DNA of 64,000 nt from an uncultured Gammaproteobacteria bacterium (GCA_964518425.1 CAZFGG010000002.1:8453-72452); one strand, 5' to 3'. Counted from the stretch's first letter, positions 1 through 10,710 are shown. Numbers and translations are program-made. The notes: generated by a model from the letters alone, not told the origin.

Positions 1-322
1 CGATATGAATCCAACGCCGCGCACCCAGGAGCGCAGTTCCCAAGCCGGGCATGAAGACGAGAATCAAGGCCGCGATCGTACCAATGAGGAGTGGGACCGA
101 CCACTTCCGCCAGTATTCATAGTCAATCCGGAAGGTTATCGCCAAGGCGACAATACCTACAGCCAGGCCGAGGAGTTGTTTTTTTAAGAAATAGTTGCTG
201 TCGCCAAAACGCTGGAACCCTAAGACCGATCCCGCGCTCGATAACATGACCAGCCCAAGCATAATTAAGACCAGGACTGTGGCCGCTAAAACGTAGTCAG
301 GTTGGTGGTATGTTCTTTTCAT
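1..322 (-). CDS. ftsW: FtsW/RodA (SEDS) cell division protein, N-terminal part (runs off the window)
   Basis: Not in the ORF track. Manual translation from ATG 322: MKRTYHQPDYVLAATVLVLIMLGLVMLSSAGS...DSNYFLKKQ...GARRWI; ATGA overlap with the murD stop. Confidence 0.9.
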   Translation of the reverse strand, partial: MKRTYHQPDYVLAATVLVLIMLGLVMLSSAGSVLGFQRFGDSNYFLKKQLLGLAVGIVALAITFRIDYEYWRKWSVPLLIGTIAALILVFMPGLGTALLGARRWIHI

Positions 323-1716
323 CGGAGTTCCCGAACTGCCCGGGTGAATTCGTCTCCCCGGTGAAACTCATGGACGAAGAGTCCAAAGCTTGCCGCCCCC
401 GGCGAGAGAACGATGGTTTGTTTCGGTCGGCTGAGCCTGATCGCTTGCTGAACTGCGTCCTTCATTGACAGAGCGATATGATGCTGGCGTCGATCACCCT
501 GACGACGGAGAGCCGCGAGGAGTTTCGTTGTCCCGGTACCTGGGAGAAAAACAATTCGAATCCGGGAAACGAGAAGTTTTTTTGCCAGCGTTGAAAATTT
601 TAGGCGTTTATCTGTCCCTCCGACAATGAATATGGCTTGTGGGAAAACATCAAGCGCGGCGATCGTGCCGTCAGGAGTTGTGGCAGTTGTATCATTGACG
701 AAGTCATGTCCCCGCCAAGTGCGAATGGTTTCTTGTCGACTCGGAACGCCAGTAAATGTTTTTATCGCCCGATGAATCTGGGCGGCCGTAACGTTGAGTG
801 AGCGGGCGACAGCGACAGCGGCCAAGATATTCTCCAAGTTATGTCGCCCGCGAAGTTGGACATCGGCGACGGGGAAAAGACGGCGGGTTGTTCCTCGATG
901 GTATTCGATGACCCAGTCGGCCCGTACGGTCAGACCATCTTGACCCCGCTGACCCGACGTCTGAAACCACCAGATGGTCGCCGGGGTTGACGCGACAGCT
1001 TGCCGAGTCCATCGATTTTGAGCGTTGACGATGGCTATGTCATCCGATCGCTGATACCGAAAGATGTTTTTTTTCGCCTGGCTGTACTCGTTCATTCCGT
1101 TATAGCGGTTGAGGTGATCAACCATGAGATTCGTCATGACCGCGACATGGGGGCTCCGTCGAACGAGGGGAAGATATTCGAGTTGAAACGAAGATAATTC
1201 CAAAACAGCCGTCATGTTCGGACGAAGCCGGTCAAGAACGTCAAGCATCATCGCTTGCCGAACATTGCCCGAGACAACGCTACGGCGGCGCGCGGCGGAT
1301 AATATATGGCCGAGTAGAAGGGTGGTCGTCGATTTACCTCGTGTGCCGGTAATACCGATAATTGGACACGGGCACCGCTCAAAAAAAATCGTGGTTTCGT
1401 TCAAGAGCGGCCGGCCGAGTTGCCGGGCCCGACGCACAACCGGATTCGTATCGGGAACGCCCTGATTGATGTACACAAACTCGGCCCATTTGACATCATC
1501 GAGGGAGTGCCCACCAAGATGCCACGTCACCCGCAGCCGTTTGAGTTTCTGGAGGGTTGGTTTGAGTTCGTTAGCCGTTTTCATGTCTTGCACTCGGACC
1601 TTCGCTCCTTGACGATACAACCAGCGAACCGCGCTGGCGGCGCCGCCATGAAGGCCAAGACCGACAACCAGGACACGACGATGGCGGAAAAAATCGCGGG
1701 CGGCAATGGTCTGCAT
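319..1716 (-). CDS. murD: UDP-N-acetylmuramoyl-L-alanine--D-glutamate ligase
   Basis: GLGLHG, GITGTRGKSTT, ELSSFQL, DHLNRY, NDTTAT, LSPGAASF motifs; between mraY and ftsW; start moved to ATG 1716. Confidence 0.93.
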   Translation of the reverse strand: MQTIAARDFFRHRRVLVVGLGLHGGAASAVRWLYRQGAKVRVQDMKTANELKPTLQKLKRLRVTWHLGGHSLDDVKWAEFVYINQGVPDTNPVVRRARQLGRPLLNETTIFFERCPCPIIGITGTRGKSTTTLLLGHILSAARRRSVVSGNVRQAMMLDVLDRLRPNMTAVLELSSFQLEYLPLVRRSPHVAVMTNLMVDHLNRYNGMNEYSQAKKNIFRYQRSDDIAIVNAQNRWTRQAVASTPATIWWFQTSGQRGQDGLTVRADWVIEYHRGTTRRLFPVADVQLRGRHNLENILAAVAVARSLNVTAAQIHRAIKTFTGVPSRQETIRTWRGHDFVNDTTATTPDGTIAALDVFPQAIFIVGGTDKRLKFSTLAKKLLVSRIRIVFLPGTGTTKLLAALRRQGDRRQHHIALSMKDAVQQAIRLSRPKQTIVLSPGAASFGLFVHEFHRGDEFTRAVRELR

Positions 1717-1772
1717 GATACAACAATTATGCCACAAAAAAGCGGATTGATCAACCCGCGAGGACGATGTGT

Positions 1773-2855
1773 TTAGCGACCTTTATCGACGAAAAAGAGG
1801 ACTAGGCCAACAACTGAAGACAGGGCCGAAATAATCCAAAATCGCATAACAATTTTTGATTCTGGCCAGCCTTGCGCTTCAAGATGATGGTGCAGTGGCG
1901 CGGATAAGAAAATTTTCCGACCACGAATTTTTTTCGACAAGACCTGAAGGATAACCGAGAACGCCTCGATGACGAACGGCAAGCAAATGATTGGTAGGAG
2001 TAAGGCCGAATTGGTCAACATGGCGATGACTCCGAGCGTCACCCCCAGGCCCATCGCACCAGTATCACCCATAAAGAAACGGGCGGGCGGGATATTGAAC
2101 CACAGGAAAGCGGTCAGGGCGCCAACAATGACCGCAATAAAACTGGCTAATTCTATTTTGCCCTGACTCATGGCAATGACTCCAAACGTGGCAAAACTTG
2201 CTAAGAGCAAGCCTCCGGCCAGACCGTCAAGACCGTCGGTAATATCAACTGAGAAACCGGTGGCGACGATGACCAAGATGAATAGTGGAGCATACCAGCC
2301 ACCGACGTAGTGCAGGTGAAAAGGCAAACTGACAAAGCTACCAATATCGACATTCCCGACAAAGGGAATATGCAACGTTGTCCAATCCAATTTGGAGGTG
2401 AACCACCAGGCTCCGATCACAGCGATGAGGGTGAAGAGAAGTAAACGTTGGCGAACTCGCAGACCGCCGCCGTGTGCACCCTGCTGACGGATATTGTAAA
2501 TATCGTCCACTAAACCGATGACTGCTGCCAGAACCATCAGGCCCATCGGCAAGTATGTTTCTGAACGCGACCAAAAATTCAGATCGTGCCACAATCCATG
2601 CGGCACTACCCGACTGAGGAACCAGGCGGCGATCGCTAAGACCAAGGTCGTCCCCCAGACCAAGACGCCAGCCATCGTAGGCGTCCCCGCTTTACGAGCG
2701 TGGAGGGCGCTGAAAATTGGCGTCTCTTTCTCATCACGAATCTGCTTCCCTAAACGGTGACGGTAAAGAAAGTTCGTCAGGGCCGGCGTCACGATGGCCG
2801 TGACGAGGCTGGAGGTAATCACTAACGTGAAGAGAACAACGATCGGGGCGGTCAT
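1773..2855 (-). CDS. mraY: Phospho-N-acetylmuramoyl-pentapeptide transferase
   Basis: KAGTPTMAG, DD, TDGLDGL, FMGDTG, APLHHH motifs; start ATG 2855 overlaps the upstream stop. Confidence 0.95.
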   Translation of the reverse strand: MTAPIVVLFTLVITSSLVTAIVTPALTNFLYRHRLGKQIRDEKETPIFSALHARKAGTPTMAGVLVWGTTLVLAIAAWFLSRVVPHGLWHDLNFWSRSETYLPMGLMVLAAVIGLVDDIYNIRQQGAHGGGLRVRQRLLLFTLIAVIGAWWFTSKLDWTTLHIPFVGNVDIGSFVSLPFHLHYVGGWYAPLFILVIVATGFSVDITDGLDGLAGGLLLASFATFGVIAMSQGKIELASFIAVIVGALTAFLWFNIPPARFFMGDTGAMGLGVTLGVIAMLTNSALLLPIICLPFVIEAFSVILQVLSKKIRGRKIFLSAPLHHHLEAQGWPESKIVMRFWIISALSSVVGLVLFFVDKGR

Positions 2856-3226
2856 ACCGATTGAATAACTGCTAGGAGTGTTAAGCTCGTTGCCAAGAGC
2901 AAGACGTTGAGTGTCAGTGTAATAATGGACATCATCCGGCGCCATAACTCATGGTCGTCGAAGACGTTCAACATGAGATTACTGAGAATGATGACAAGTC
3001 CCATCGCCGGCAAGAGAAAAACCCGCAGGCGAGGAACCGTTAGATCGGGTCCGAAGTATATGGTATAGTGCAGCGGTAAGAGTGATGATTGTCGATCAGC
3101 GAGGCGGGTGATCGATAACCAAGTTAATCCATTCCCCAGTGCGGCCAGCCCAACAGACCACCGAACCAAACGGTCGCTGCGCCATCCTCGCCAGAGTTGT
3201 TGTCTCCATTCGTGAAATCGTATCAT
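2852..3226 (-). CDS. Small membrane protein (3 TM)
   Basis: Hydrophobic segments, LPLHYTIYFGPDL loop; coupled to mraY. Confidence 0.7.
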   Translation of the reverse strand: MIRFHEWRQQLWRGWRSDRLVRWSVGLAALGNGLTWLSITRLADRQSSLLPLHYTIYFGPDLTVPRLRVFLLPAMGLVIILSNLMLNVFDDHELWRRMMSIITLTLNVLLLATSLTLLAVIQSV

Positions 3227-4978
3227 CCACCACGTCTCATCATCCTAGCTCTGTTGATCATCGGCTTAGCCGGTGTGATGCAGTGTATCGGCGCCTGGCA
3301 AGATAGTCAAACGACTGATGAAGCAGTCCATTTGTCGGCCGGACGAAGTTACTGGCAGACTGGAGATTTTCGGCTGAACCCAGAGCATCCGCCACTGATA
3401 AAATTGTTGGCGGCTGCTCCCCTCTTGCTGATTCCTTCAACGCGGATTGATACGCATTCCGGCTGGTGGCAAGAGCGGCAGGAATGGATGGTCGGGATCA
3501 CCATGCTCTACGGGGCCGATCCAGCACATTCCGCAGCCCAGAAGATTATGTTCCTGGGCCGCCTGCCGATGATCCTCGTCTGGGCAGCGCTCGGGTGGCT
3601 GATCTTTACGTGGGCGCGAAAACGATGGGGGGCGTTGGCCGGACTGCTCAGCCTGACCGCCTACAGTTTCGATCCAAACTTTTTAGGACATGGCCACTTG
3701 GTCACTACTGATCTTGGTTTGACCTTGGGCTTTTTGGCCACGATCTGGCTACTGGAAAAATTTCTCCTCCGTCCATCATGGTCCAGTCTGGGGTGGTTAA
3801 GTTTTGTTTTCGCCCTGACTCAGGTGACAAAATTCTCGGCAATTATTCTCTGGGTTATTGTTCCGTTGGTCGCGCTCATTCGATTCCTCTACCGGCCAGC
3901 GACCTTCTCTGGTCAGTGGTGGTGGCGCATGCTAGCTGGATTGGTCATCGTGACGAGCCTAGTCACTTGGGCCGTCTATGGATTCGAAGTCAAGCGGATC
4001 AATACTGATCCGCGCATTGGACAACTCTGGCAAGAACGCCAGACTGTGATCACTTCAGGGACTCTCTCGCAACAACCGCCGATTGTCCAAAAGGTTATTG
4101 CTTGGTCTGATCCTTCAACCTCGACCGGACGTTTCCTGATGCATGCGAGTCACTGGCCCGTCCCGGCCTACAGTTACTGGCGTGGTTTATTTTCAACCCT
4201 GAGCCACGATGTCTTCGGGCACCCGGCCTACCTCCTCGGGCAAACGTCGATGAATGGTTGGTGGTACTACTTCCCGATAGCCCTGCTGGTCAAAACGCCG
4301 TCACCAACGTTGATCTTGATTCTCGTGGCCGGAGCCCTTGGCCTTTGGCGGCTACTCTCATGGCCGAAGAGAACACCCTGGTCCCAGCGAATTCCTTTCA
4401 GCGCTTGGATCCTCGGTTTCCCGCCCGTGGTCTTTTTCGCGTGGAGCATGACCAGTCACATTAATATCGGCTTACGGCATATTTTCCCCGTTGAACCTTT
4501 TTTGTTCCTGGCCATTGGCAGCATGGCCTCTGCGCCGATCCTCACCAATCACGTTGCCAGGAAAAAAATGCTGGTCGGGGCGCTCGGTACGCTCCCGCTC
4601 TTGGCTGTCCTGAGCTGGCCAAATACCATCGGCTATTTTTCGGAAATCATTGGTGGCCCGCGGCAAGGATATCAGTATCTCCTCGACTCAAACCTTGATT
4701 GGAATCAAGATATCTGGCGCTTGAGAAATTTTCTGCAGCTGCAGCACTTCCCTGAGGTCCACCTTGTCCTGTTCGGTTCGATCCCCTATCGGAATATCTT
4801 CCCAACAACACTGCCTGTCCTCGAGGACCAAGCCATCGCCTCCGGGCAACGTCCCAGCGGCATCGTCATTATTTCGGCTGGGCAACTCTATAATCAAGAT
4901 GGTCCTTTCGCCTGGCTTCGGTCATACCGTCCGCAGTGGCGGATCGGCTCATCAATTTCTGTTTACGACTTCCGTTGA
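3197..4978 (+). CDS. GT-C fold membrane glycosyltransferase (GT39/ArnT/PMT-like)
   Basis: TTDEAVH first-loop motif, NPEHPPL, many TM helices, DSNLDW; true start uncertain (GTG 3212 or later). Confidence 0.8.
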   Translation: MLSPFVKSYHPPRLIILALLIIGLAGVMQCIGAWQDSQTTDEAVHLSAGRSYWQTGDFRLNPEHPPLIKLLAAAPLLLIPSTRIDTHSGWWQERQEWMVGITMLYGADPAHSAAQKIMFLGRLPMILVWAALGWLIFTWARKRWGALAGLLSLTAYSFDPNFLGHGHLVTTDLGLTLGFLATIWLLEKFLLRPSWSSLGWLSFVFALTQVTKFSAIILWVIVPLVALIRFLYRPATFSGQWWWRMLAGLVIVTSLVTWAVYGFEVKRINTDPRIGQLWQERQTVITSGTLSQQPPIVQKVIAWSDPSTSTGRFLMHASHWPVPAYSYWRGLFSTLSHDVFGHPAYLLGQTSMNGWWYYFPIALLVKTPSPTLILILVAGALGLWRLLSWPKRTPWSQRIPFSAWILGFPPVVFFAWSMTSHINIGLRHIFPVEPFLFLAIGSMASAPILTNHVARKKMLVGALGTLPLLAVLSWPNTIGYFSEIIGGPRQGYQYLLDSNLDWNQDIWRLRNFLQLQHFPEVHLVLFGSIPYRNIFPTTLPVLEDQAIASGQRPSGIVIISAGQLYNQDGPFAWLRSYRPQWRIGSSISVYDFR

Positions 4979-5003
4979 CTTCTGAGCTTGGATATGCTAT
5001 AAT
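4975..5003 (+). promoter_or_regulatory. Sigma70 promoter of the pil operon
   Basis: TTGACT-17 nt-TATAAT with extended -10 TGn. Confidence 0.8.
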
Positions 5004-5059
5004 CTCTGCATTCGATTGTGTACGTTGTAACAAAAACTCATTGACCACTTGGCGCCGAC

Positions 5060-6781
5060 ATGGCCCATGAACAAACACTCCGGCGGATTCTTGAACAAAC
5101 GAAGGTTTTAACGCCGGATCAGTTGAATCAAGCAAGTACTGAAGCTAAACAGCGACATGTTTCTTTAGCTGATGTTTTGATTGGTCAAAACCTGGTCAGC
5201 GAACCAGTTTTGTACGAAACATTGGCCAGTGGTTTAAAACTTCCGTTCGTTGACCTGACCACACAGAACCTGCGACGCGATGTCCTGACCCTCCTGCCCG
5301 AACCAATCATCCAGGCCCATAATATCGTCATCTTCGATAAAACTGACCGTGAGCTGAAGCTCGCCATGGTCGATCAAGATGACCTCGAAATGATCGACTT
5401 CGTTGAAAAGAAGATTGGCTTACGGCCGGTCGTCTACCTGACAACGCCCTCGAGCATTAAGGCGGCCCTCCAGCAATATCGGAAAACCCTTCGAACCGAA
5501 TTCGAATCTTCAGAAATCCGCGATGAACAACCGTCGACTGCTGAAGATCTCAAGGAATTAGCCCGGGATATCCCGGTCGTCAAGCTGGTCGATAATATTC
5601 TCGAGTACGCTATTTTCGAGAGCGCTTCAGACATCCACATTGAACCATCAGAGCAAGAAACCACCGTCCGATACCGAATTGACGGCGTCTTAAAGCAGGT
5701 CATGAAACTCCCGAAGAAGGTCCAGGCCGGCGTGGTGGCTCGGATAAAAATCTTGTCTAACCTCAAAATTGATGAACATCGCTTGCCCCAAGACGGCCGG
5801 TTCAAGATGAAAACAGATGAGTACCATGTCGCCTTCCGGGTCAGTATTCTCCCTGTTTTCGATGGCGAAAAAATTGTCCTCCGTTTGCTCAACGAATCGG
5901 CCCAGGTTCTGACGCTGGAACAGCTGGGTTTCCAGCCCCAAGTCCTCGAAATGGTCAAGCGGAACATCAGCAAGCCTCACGGCCAAATTTTCGTCAGCGG
6001 TCCGACCGGATCAGGAAAAACAACCACGCTCTATACTATTCTTTCAATCCTCGACACGCCGGAAGTGAACGTGGCCACCATTGAAGACCCGATTGAGTAT
6101 CGGATGCCTGGAGTTAATCAAACACAGGTCAACCCGAAAATTGGAATGACCTTCGCGGCCGGCTTGCGATCATTACTCCGACAAGACCCGAATATCATCA
6201 TGGTCGGAGAAATTCGTGACGAGGAAACCGCCGAAATTTCCGCTCACGCGGCTTTAACCGGACACTTGGTCTTATCAACGATCCACACCAACGACGCGGT
6301 CACGGTTTTACCTCGCCTGACTGAAATGAAAGTTCCAGCCTTCCTGATTGCCAGTACCACCAACCTGATTATTGCTCAACGTTTGGTCAGAAAAATTTGC
6401 CATAACTGTATTGAAAGTTACACGCTGAGCGAAAAGGCCCTGGAAGAATTGAGCAAACAAATTAACGTCGATTATCTCCTCAAGACGCTCGTCGGCGGCG
6501 GAGCTATTCTGCCAAACCAAAATGTTCGCGAATTACTTTTTTATCGTGGCCGTGGTTGTACCCAATGCGGCCGGACCGGGTACAAGGGCCGGGTTGGTAT
6601 TTATGAAGCCCTGGAGATGGATTCCGAACTTTCCCAAGTTATGCTCGAAAATGGAACGGCCGAAGATTTACGGAAAGTCGCGAGTAAGAAAGGGATGCTG
6701 ACAATGATTCAAGATGGGTTCCTCAAAGCCAAGTCCGGCGTGACAGCGATTGAAGAAATTCTGCGCGTGACCAAGGAATAA
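5060..6781 (+). CDS. pilB: Type IV pilus assembly ATPase PilB/GspE
   Basis: ASDIHIEP, RLPQDGR, GPTGSGKTTT, LRQDP, CHNC/CTQC zinc site. Confidence 0.95.
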   Translation: MAHEQTLRRILEQTKVLTPDQLNQASTEAKQRHVSLADVLIGQNLVSEPVLYETLASGLKLPFVDLTTQNLRRDVLTLLPEPIIQAHNIVIFDKTDRELKLAMVDQDDLEMIDFVEKKIGLRPVVYLTTPSSIKAALQQYRKTLRTEFESSEIRDEQPSTAEDLKELARDIPVVKLVDNILEYAIFESASDIHIEPSEQETTVRYRIDGVLKQVMKLPKKVQAGVVARIKILSNLKIDEHRLPQDGRFKMKTDEYHVAFRVSILPVFDGEKIVLRLLNESAQVLTLEQLGFQPQVLEMVKRNISKPHGQIFVSGPTGSGKTTTLYTILSILDTPEVNVATIEDPIEYRMPGVNQTQVNPKIGMTFAAGLRSLLRQDPNIIMVGEIRDEETAEISAHAALTGHLVLSTIHTNDAVTVLPRLTEMKVPAFLIASTTNLIIAQRLVRKICHNCIESYTLSEKALEELSKQINVDYLLKTLVGGGAILPNQNVRELLFYRGRGCTQCGRTGYKGRVGIYEALEMDSELSQVMLENGTAEDLRKVASKKGMLTMIQDGFLKAKSGVTAIEEILRVTKE

Positions 6782-6784
6782 TCT

Positions 6785-8005
6785 ATGGCTGTCTACGATT
6801 ACATCGCTAAGGACGCACGGGGTAAAACAAGTAAAGGCCAGATCGTGGCTGAGAATGAGCGCAGCTTGGCGGCTCAGCTTCAGACCCAGAACTTAACGCT
6901 GACCTCAGCCACGCCGGAAGGGGCAAAAAAACCGGACGTGGTGAGTTCGTTCCTGGAAAAACTCCAAGGTGTACCGGTCGTTCAGAAGATTTTCTTCACG
7001 CAAAACTTGGGAGTTATGTTGCGTGGCGGCTTTTCCATCGGTCGCGCCATGGGCACCTTGGCTATGCAGACGTCGCATAAGTATTTCAAAAAAGTTATTT
7101 TGAACCTGCAAAATGATCTTGAAAGTGGCATGACCTTTGCTCAAGCCCTGCGGAAATACCCTCGTGTTTTCTCTGAGCTCTTCATTAACATGGTCGCGGC
7201 CGGTGAAGCCAGCGGGAAACTTGATGATGTTCTGAAGAGTTTGACGACCCAAATGAAAAAAGATTTTGCCTTGGTCAGCAAAGTCAAAGGAGCTATGACC
7301 TATCCGATCGTCGTCATTATCGCTATGCTTGGAGCTGGGGTAGCCATGATCACCTTAGTCATCCCTAAACTCCAAGATGTTTTTAGCCAGAACGGAGCGA
7401 CCTTACCCCTTCCGACAAGAGTCCTCATCGCAACGTCAGACGCGTTGATCCATCATGGCTTCGTTATTGCCTTGGTGGCGATCGTGGTTGTTGTTATTTT
7501 TGTTGTCCTCGGTCGAACAGAGCGAGGCCGTTGGATTGTTGACAGCGTTTTGTTGAACATACCGATTACTGGCCCGATCATCAAAAAGATTAACGTCGCT
7601 CGATTCACTCGCAGTTTAAGTTCCATGTTGGCGACCGATATCCCGATCATCCAAACCTTTCAGATCATCGGCCGGACCTTAACCAGCCCCCACTTCCGCC
7701 GGTCAATTGATGACGCTGGTCAAGAACTCCGGAGTGGCGTAACGATTGGTAAGGTCTTAGCCCGATATCCCCGCTTGTACCCACCGCTCGTCCAGCAAAT
7801 GATCGCCGTTGGCGAAGAGAGCGGTACACTTGATGAGGTGGCCGGAGACCTAGCGACATTCTTCGAAGAAGAAGTTGATCAGACAATGTCCAATCTCTCA
7901 ACCATCATCGAGCCGGTCCTCCTCCTGGTCCTGGGCGGAGCCGTGGCGGGAATGGCCTTGGCCATTATGTTGCCCATCTATAACCTTAGCCAGCAAATTT
8001 CTTAA
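6785..8005 (+). CDS. pilC: Type IV pilus platform protein PilC/GspF
   Basis: AGEASGKLD, AMTYP, VGEESGTLD, IIEP. Confidence 0.93.
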   Translation: MAVYDYIAKDARGKTSKGQIVAENERSLAAQLQTQNLTLTSATPEGAKKPDVVSSFLEKLQGVPVVQKIFFTQNLGVMLRGGFSIGRAMGTLAMQTSHKYFKKVILNLQNDLESGMTFAQALRKYPRVFSELFINMVAAGEASGKLDDVLKSLTTQMKKDFALVSKVKGAMTYPIVVIIAMLGAGVAMITLVIPKLQDVFSQNGATLPLPTRVLIATSDALIHHGFVIALVAIVVVVIFVVLGRTERGRWIVDSVLLNIPITGPIIKKINVARFTRSLSSMLATDIPIIQTFQIIGRTLTSPHFRRSIDDAGQELRSGVTIGKVLARYPRLYPPLVQQMIAVGEESGTLDEVAGDLATFFEEEVDQTMSNLSTIIEPVLLLVLGGAVAGMALAIMLPIYNLSQQIS

Positions 8006-8006
8006 C

Positions 8007-9041
8007 ATGCGTAGCCAGGGTCTCGACATCAGTGATTCCTTCATCCGCTTGGTCATCCTCGAGCGGCGAGGGCATACCTATACGTTGCCGGTCCGGGCAG
8101 AAATTCCCGTTCCTGGTGGAGCGATTGTTAATGGAGAAATCCGTCAAAGTAGCCAGGTGGCGACTGCCCTACGTGAGCTCTTTTCGGCCGCCGGCATTAA
8201 GTCGGCCCAACCAATCGTTGGACTACCAGAACGGCATACCTTTATTAAATTGATCCCGCTCGACGTGACCGATGTCAGCGACGAAGCGATTGCCAAAGCG
8301 ATTGATAACGTGGCCGAACAACACGTCCCCTACCCACTCCGAGAAACGACGTATGATTGGCAGCGTCTCCCGCAGCGGAATTCACTGGGACAAGTCCAGG
8401 TTGTTCTCGGAGCTGCCCCGAAGGAAATCGTCACCAGCTACTTGGATGTCCTACAGCAAGCGGGTATTACCCCCAGAAGTTTAGATATTGAATCGTTGGC
8501 TATGGCCCGAGCAACATTTCGGCCAGGACAAGCCCCAGGCAGCCATATTCTGCTCGACCTAGGCCGATCGCGTTCAACACTGACGCTCGTCCAAGACGAG
8601 ATCGTCCAATTCAGCACGACGGTTCGGTACGCCGGGAAAGAGCTCAACCAGTATATCGCTGATGCCCTCAATATTTCTGATCAACAAGCCGAGCGAGCAA
8701 AGAATTTATTCGGATTAGACCCGAAGCGAGGAAAAGGAGTGCTCCGAAAAGTTCTGGCTCCGCAAGTTGATGCACTGGCCGAAAAAATACGTGAATTAGA
8801 AGATTTCTATAGCGAGCATTTTGTGGATCATCAACCTATCCACGACGTCGCCTTAACCGGCAGCGGCGCGATGCTCAGGTCAATTGACACGGAGTTGGGT
8901 CAGCGACTTTCCTTACCGGTCCATCGACAACCGGCTTGGGTCTACGAAGACTTACACCACGAAGACGCTCAGACTCCGGAAGAAATTGGATTATCATATA
9001 GCACGGCCATCGGCTTAGCCCTTCAACCTTTTCTCTCATGA
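8007..9041 (+). CDS. pilM: Type IV pilus assembly protein PilM
   Basis: GLDIS, LLDLGRSRS, LTGSGA, AIGLAL actin-like motifs; start at ATG 8007. Confidence 0.88.
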   Translation: MRSQGLDISDSFIRLVILERRGHTYTLPVRAEIPVPGGAIVNGEIRQSSQVATALRELFSAAGIKSAQPIVGLPERHTFIKLIPLDVTDVSDEAIAKAIDNVAEQHVPYPLRETTYDWQRLPQRNSLGQVQVVLGAAPKEIVTSYLDVLQQAGITPRSLDIESLAMARATFRPGQAPGSHILLDLGRSRSTLTLVQDEIVQFSTTVRYAGKELNQYIADALNISDQQAERAKNLFGLDPKRGKGVLRKVLAPQVDALAEKIRELEDFYSEHFVDHQPIHDVALTGSGAMLRSIDTELGQRLSLPVHRQPAWVYEDLHHEDAQTPEEIGLSYSTAIGLALQPFLS

Positions 9042-9568
9042 TGAGCTTTAATCTCTTGCCGCCCGATCGGAAATTGGCCATGGCTCGATCCGCCGAATTT
9101 GGCCGTTGGCAACCGGCCATGATTGGCATAGCTGCGTTCAGCCTCGGCCTCTTGGGATTAACTTTTTTTGCTAACGCTATGCTGGTACAACACGAACGGA
9201 CGGTTCAAGCTAGCCTAGCAAGTTCCCAAACGAGTGGGCGGCGCGAGATCGGTGACATCACCGCTCAAACTTCTCAGCTCAATCAAACTATTTCCGACCT
9301 CACCATCGGTTTACCACAAGCGCGATCATGGAGCGCTGATCTGACAAAAATTATTACCCTGCTGCCTGACGATATTAGTATTACCAACATCAAGATGACC
9401 AATGATGGCCACCTCACGCTCGAGGGCCTTGCAAAGACCCGTTTGGCCTTTCTTTCGCTTCAGACTATCCTGACGTCGACCCCGATCTTAAAAAATGTGA
9501 ACACATCATCCACGGCCTCCCGGCGGGATAATGTTCCGTTTTCATATACCGCCACTCTCGCTTTATGA
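9038..9568 (+). CDS. pilN: PilN-like protein
   Basis: FNLLPP N-terminal motif, TM helix, coiled coil, LTLEGLA; follows pilM. Confidence 0.8.
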   Translation: MMSFNLLPPDRKLAMARSAEFGRWQPAMIGIAAFSLGLLGLTFFANAMLVQHERTVQASLASSQTSGRREIGDITAQTSQLNQTISDLTIGLPQARSWSADLTKIITLLPDDISITNIKMTNDGHLTLEGLAKTRLAFLSLQTILTSTPILKNVNTSSTASRRDNVPFSYTATLAL

Positions 9569-10095
9569 CACCACTGAGCTCACGTCAGCGAATGATAGCC
9601 ATGGCTGCGATTTGTGGTTTTGTGACCGTGGGATCACTGGCGGCCACATTTATCTTTGAGTTGCCGGCGGCAGCTAAGCACCGACTGGCTATTGATAACG
9701 CGCGCGCTACTATATTACTCGAGACGCAGCGATTACAGAACGTCCAGGCCGCCGCAAAACAACTGGCTGCGCTGCATGATCAGCAGACTGTCTTGGACGC
9801 TCAGATTTGGAAATTTAGCAATGAAGAAAGTTTTTTCTCCCTATGGACAGATTTGGCTCATCAAACTGGCACAAAAATTGATGATCCTGTCGTCGCTGAC
9901 GCCACCCCGGGAACCGCGCCAGTCAAGCGATCAGTCGATCTAACCGTCACGGGGCCGGCAAATAATGTTATGGCTGCGCTGGTGGCTATTCAACGCCTTA
10001 CCCCGCTCGTGGCCATGCGCACCGTCGTCCTCGCTCCGGGTACAGCGAGCGGCCAAGTCGCGGCCACCATAACTGCTTCAACCATATGGAATTAG
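9565..10095 (+). CDS. PilO-like protein
   Basis: TM + coiled coil + small alpha/beta domain; position after pilN. Confidence 0.6.
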   Translation: MTPLSSRQRMIAMAAICGFVTVGSLAATFIFELPAAAKHRLAIDNARATILLETQRLQNVQAAAKQLAALHDQQTVLDAQIWKFSNEESFFSLWTDLAHQTGTKIDDPVVADATPGTAPVKRSVDLTVTGPANNVMAALVAIQRLTPLVAMRTVVLAPGTASGQVAATITASTIWN

Positions 10096-10373
10096 CTCCG
10101 CCCCCTCAACTCGTCGGCTCTCTACGACGTTGGTTACGACCGTGGCTGGTCGCTACCTTGATTGTTGGTGGTTTAGCATTCTGGGTTGGGCCGCAGCTGA
10201 ACCGTGCCTGGTTTGACCGCCCATTGCCCGATACCGCCATTCAGGCTCACCAGCTCCGGGTCAACAGCGGTCAACTCCAACGCCTGACCAAGAGTCTTGA
10301 TGCCTATCAGCACCCCACGGCTCCTACCTCGCTCACATCGACGACGATTTTTTCTCCCGTCCCGAAGACTTGA
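10086..10373 (+). CDS. Small single-TM protein, last gene of the pil operon
   Basis: Overlaps the pilO-like stop; one TM helix. Confidence 0.6.
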   Translation: MELAPPPQLVGSLRRWLRPWLVATLIVGGLAFWVGPQLNRAWFDRPLPDTAIQAHQLRVNSGQLQRLTKSLDAYQHPTAPTSLTSTTIFSPVPKT

Positions 10374-10386
10374 CGTGACTCGAGAG

Positions 10387-10415
10387 TTGACAGATCTCTG
10401 AACCGTCGTTATACT
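10387..10415 (+). promoter_or_regulatory. Sigma70 promoter of rpmA
   Basis: TTGACA-17 nt-TATACT. Confidence 0.8.
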
Positions 10416-10437
10416 GCCGAGGCTATTTTCCTGATCT

Positions 10438-10710
10438 ATGGCCCACACTAAATCAGCCGGTTCTACAAGTCTTGGTCGAGATTCCCGAAGCCAGCGGCTC
10501 GGCGTCAAGCTTTTCGCTGGTCAAAAAGCCCGAGCCGGGTCAATTCTCGTCCGTCAGCGCGGTTCATCGTACCTGCCTGGTGACAATGTTCGCCGAGGTG
10601 GGGACGATACGCTATTTGCTCTGGCCCCGGGTCAAGTGCATTTTGAGACCAAGGCCAAAATCCGCTACGACGGTCGTCGCGTCAAGCGCCGATATATTCA
10701 CGTTCGCTAG
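10438..10710 (+). CDS. rpmA: 50S ribosomal protein L27
   Basis: [29 protein letters not shown]. Confidence 0.97.
   Translation: MAHTKSAGSTSLGRDSRSQRLGVKLFAGQKARAGSILVRQRGSSYLPGDNVRRGGDDTLFALAPGQVHFETKAKIRYDGRRVKRRYIHVR

Noticed and set aside
3197-3226. Head-to-head overlap of divergent genes
   Set aside because: Probably a start-codon assignment artefact; the real starts cannot be fixed from sequence alone
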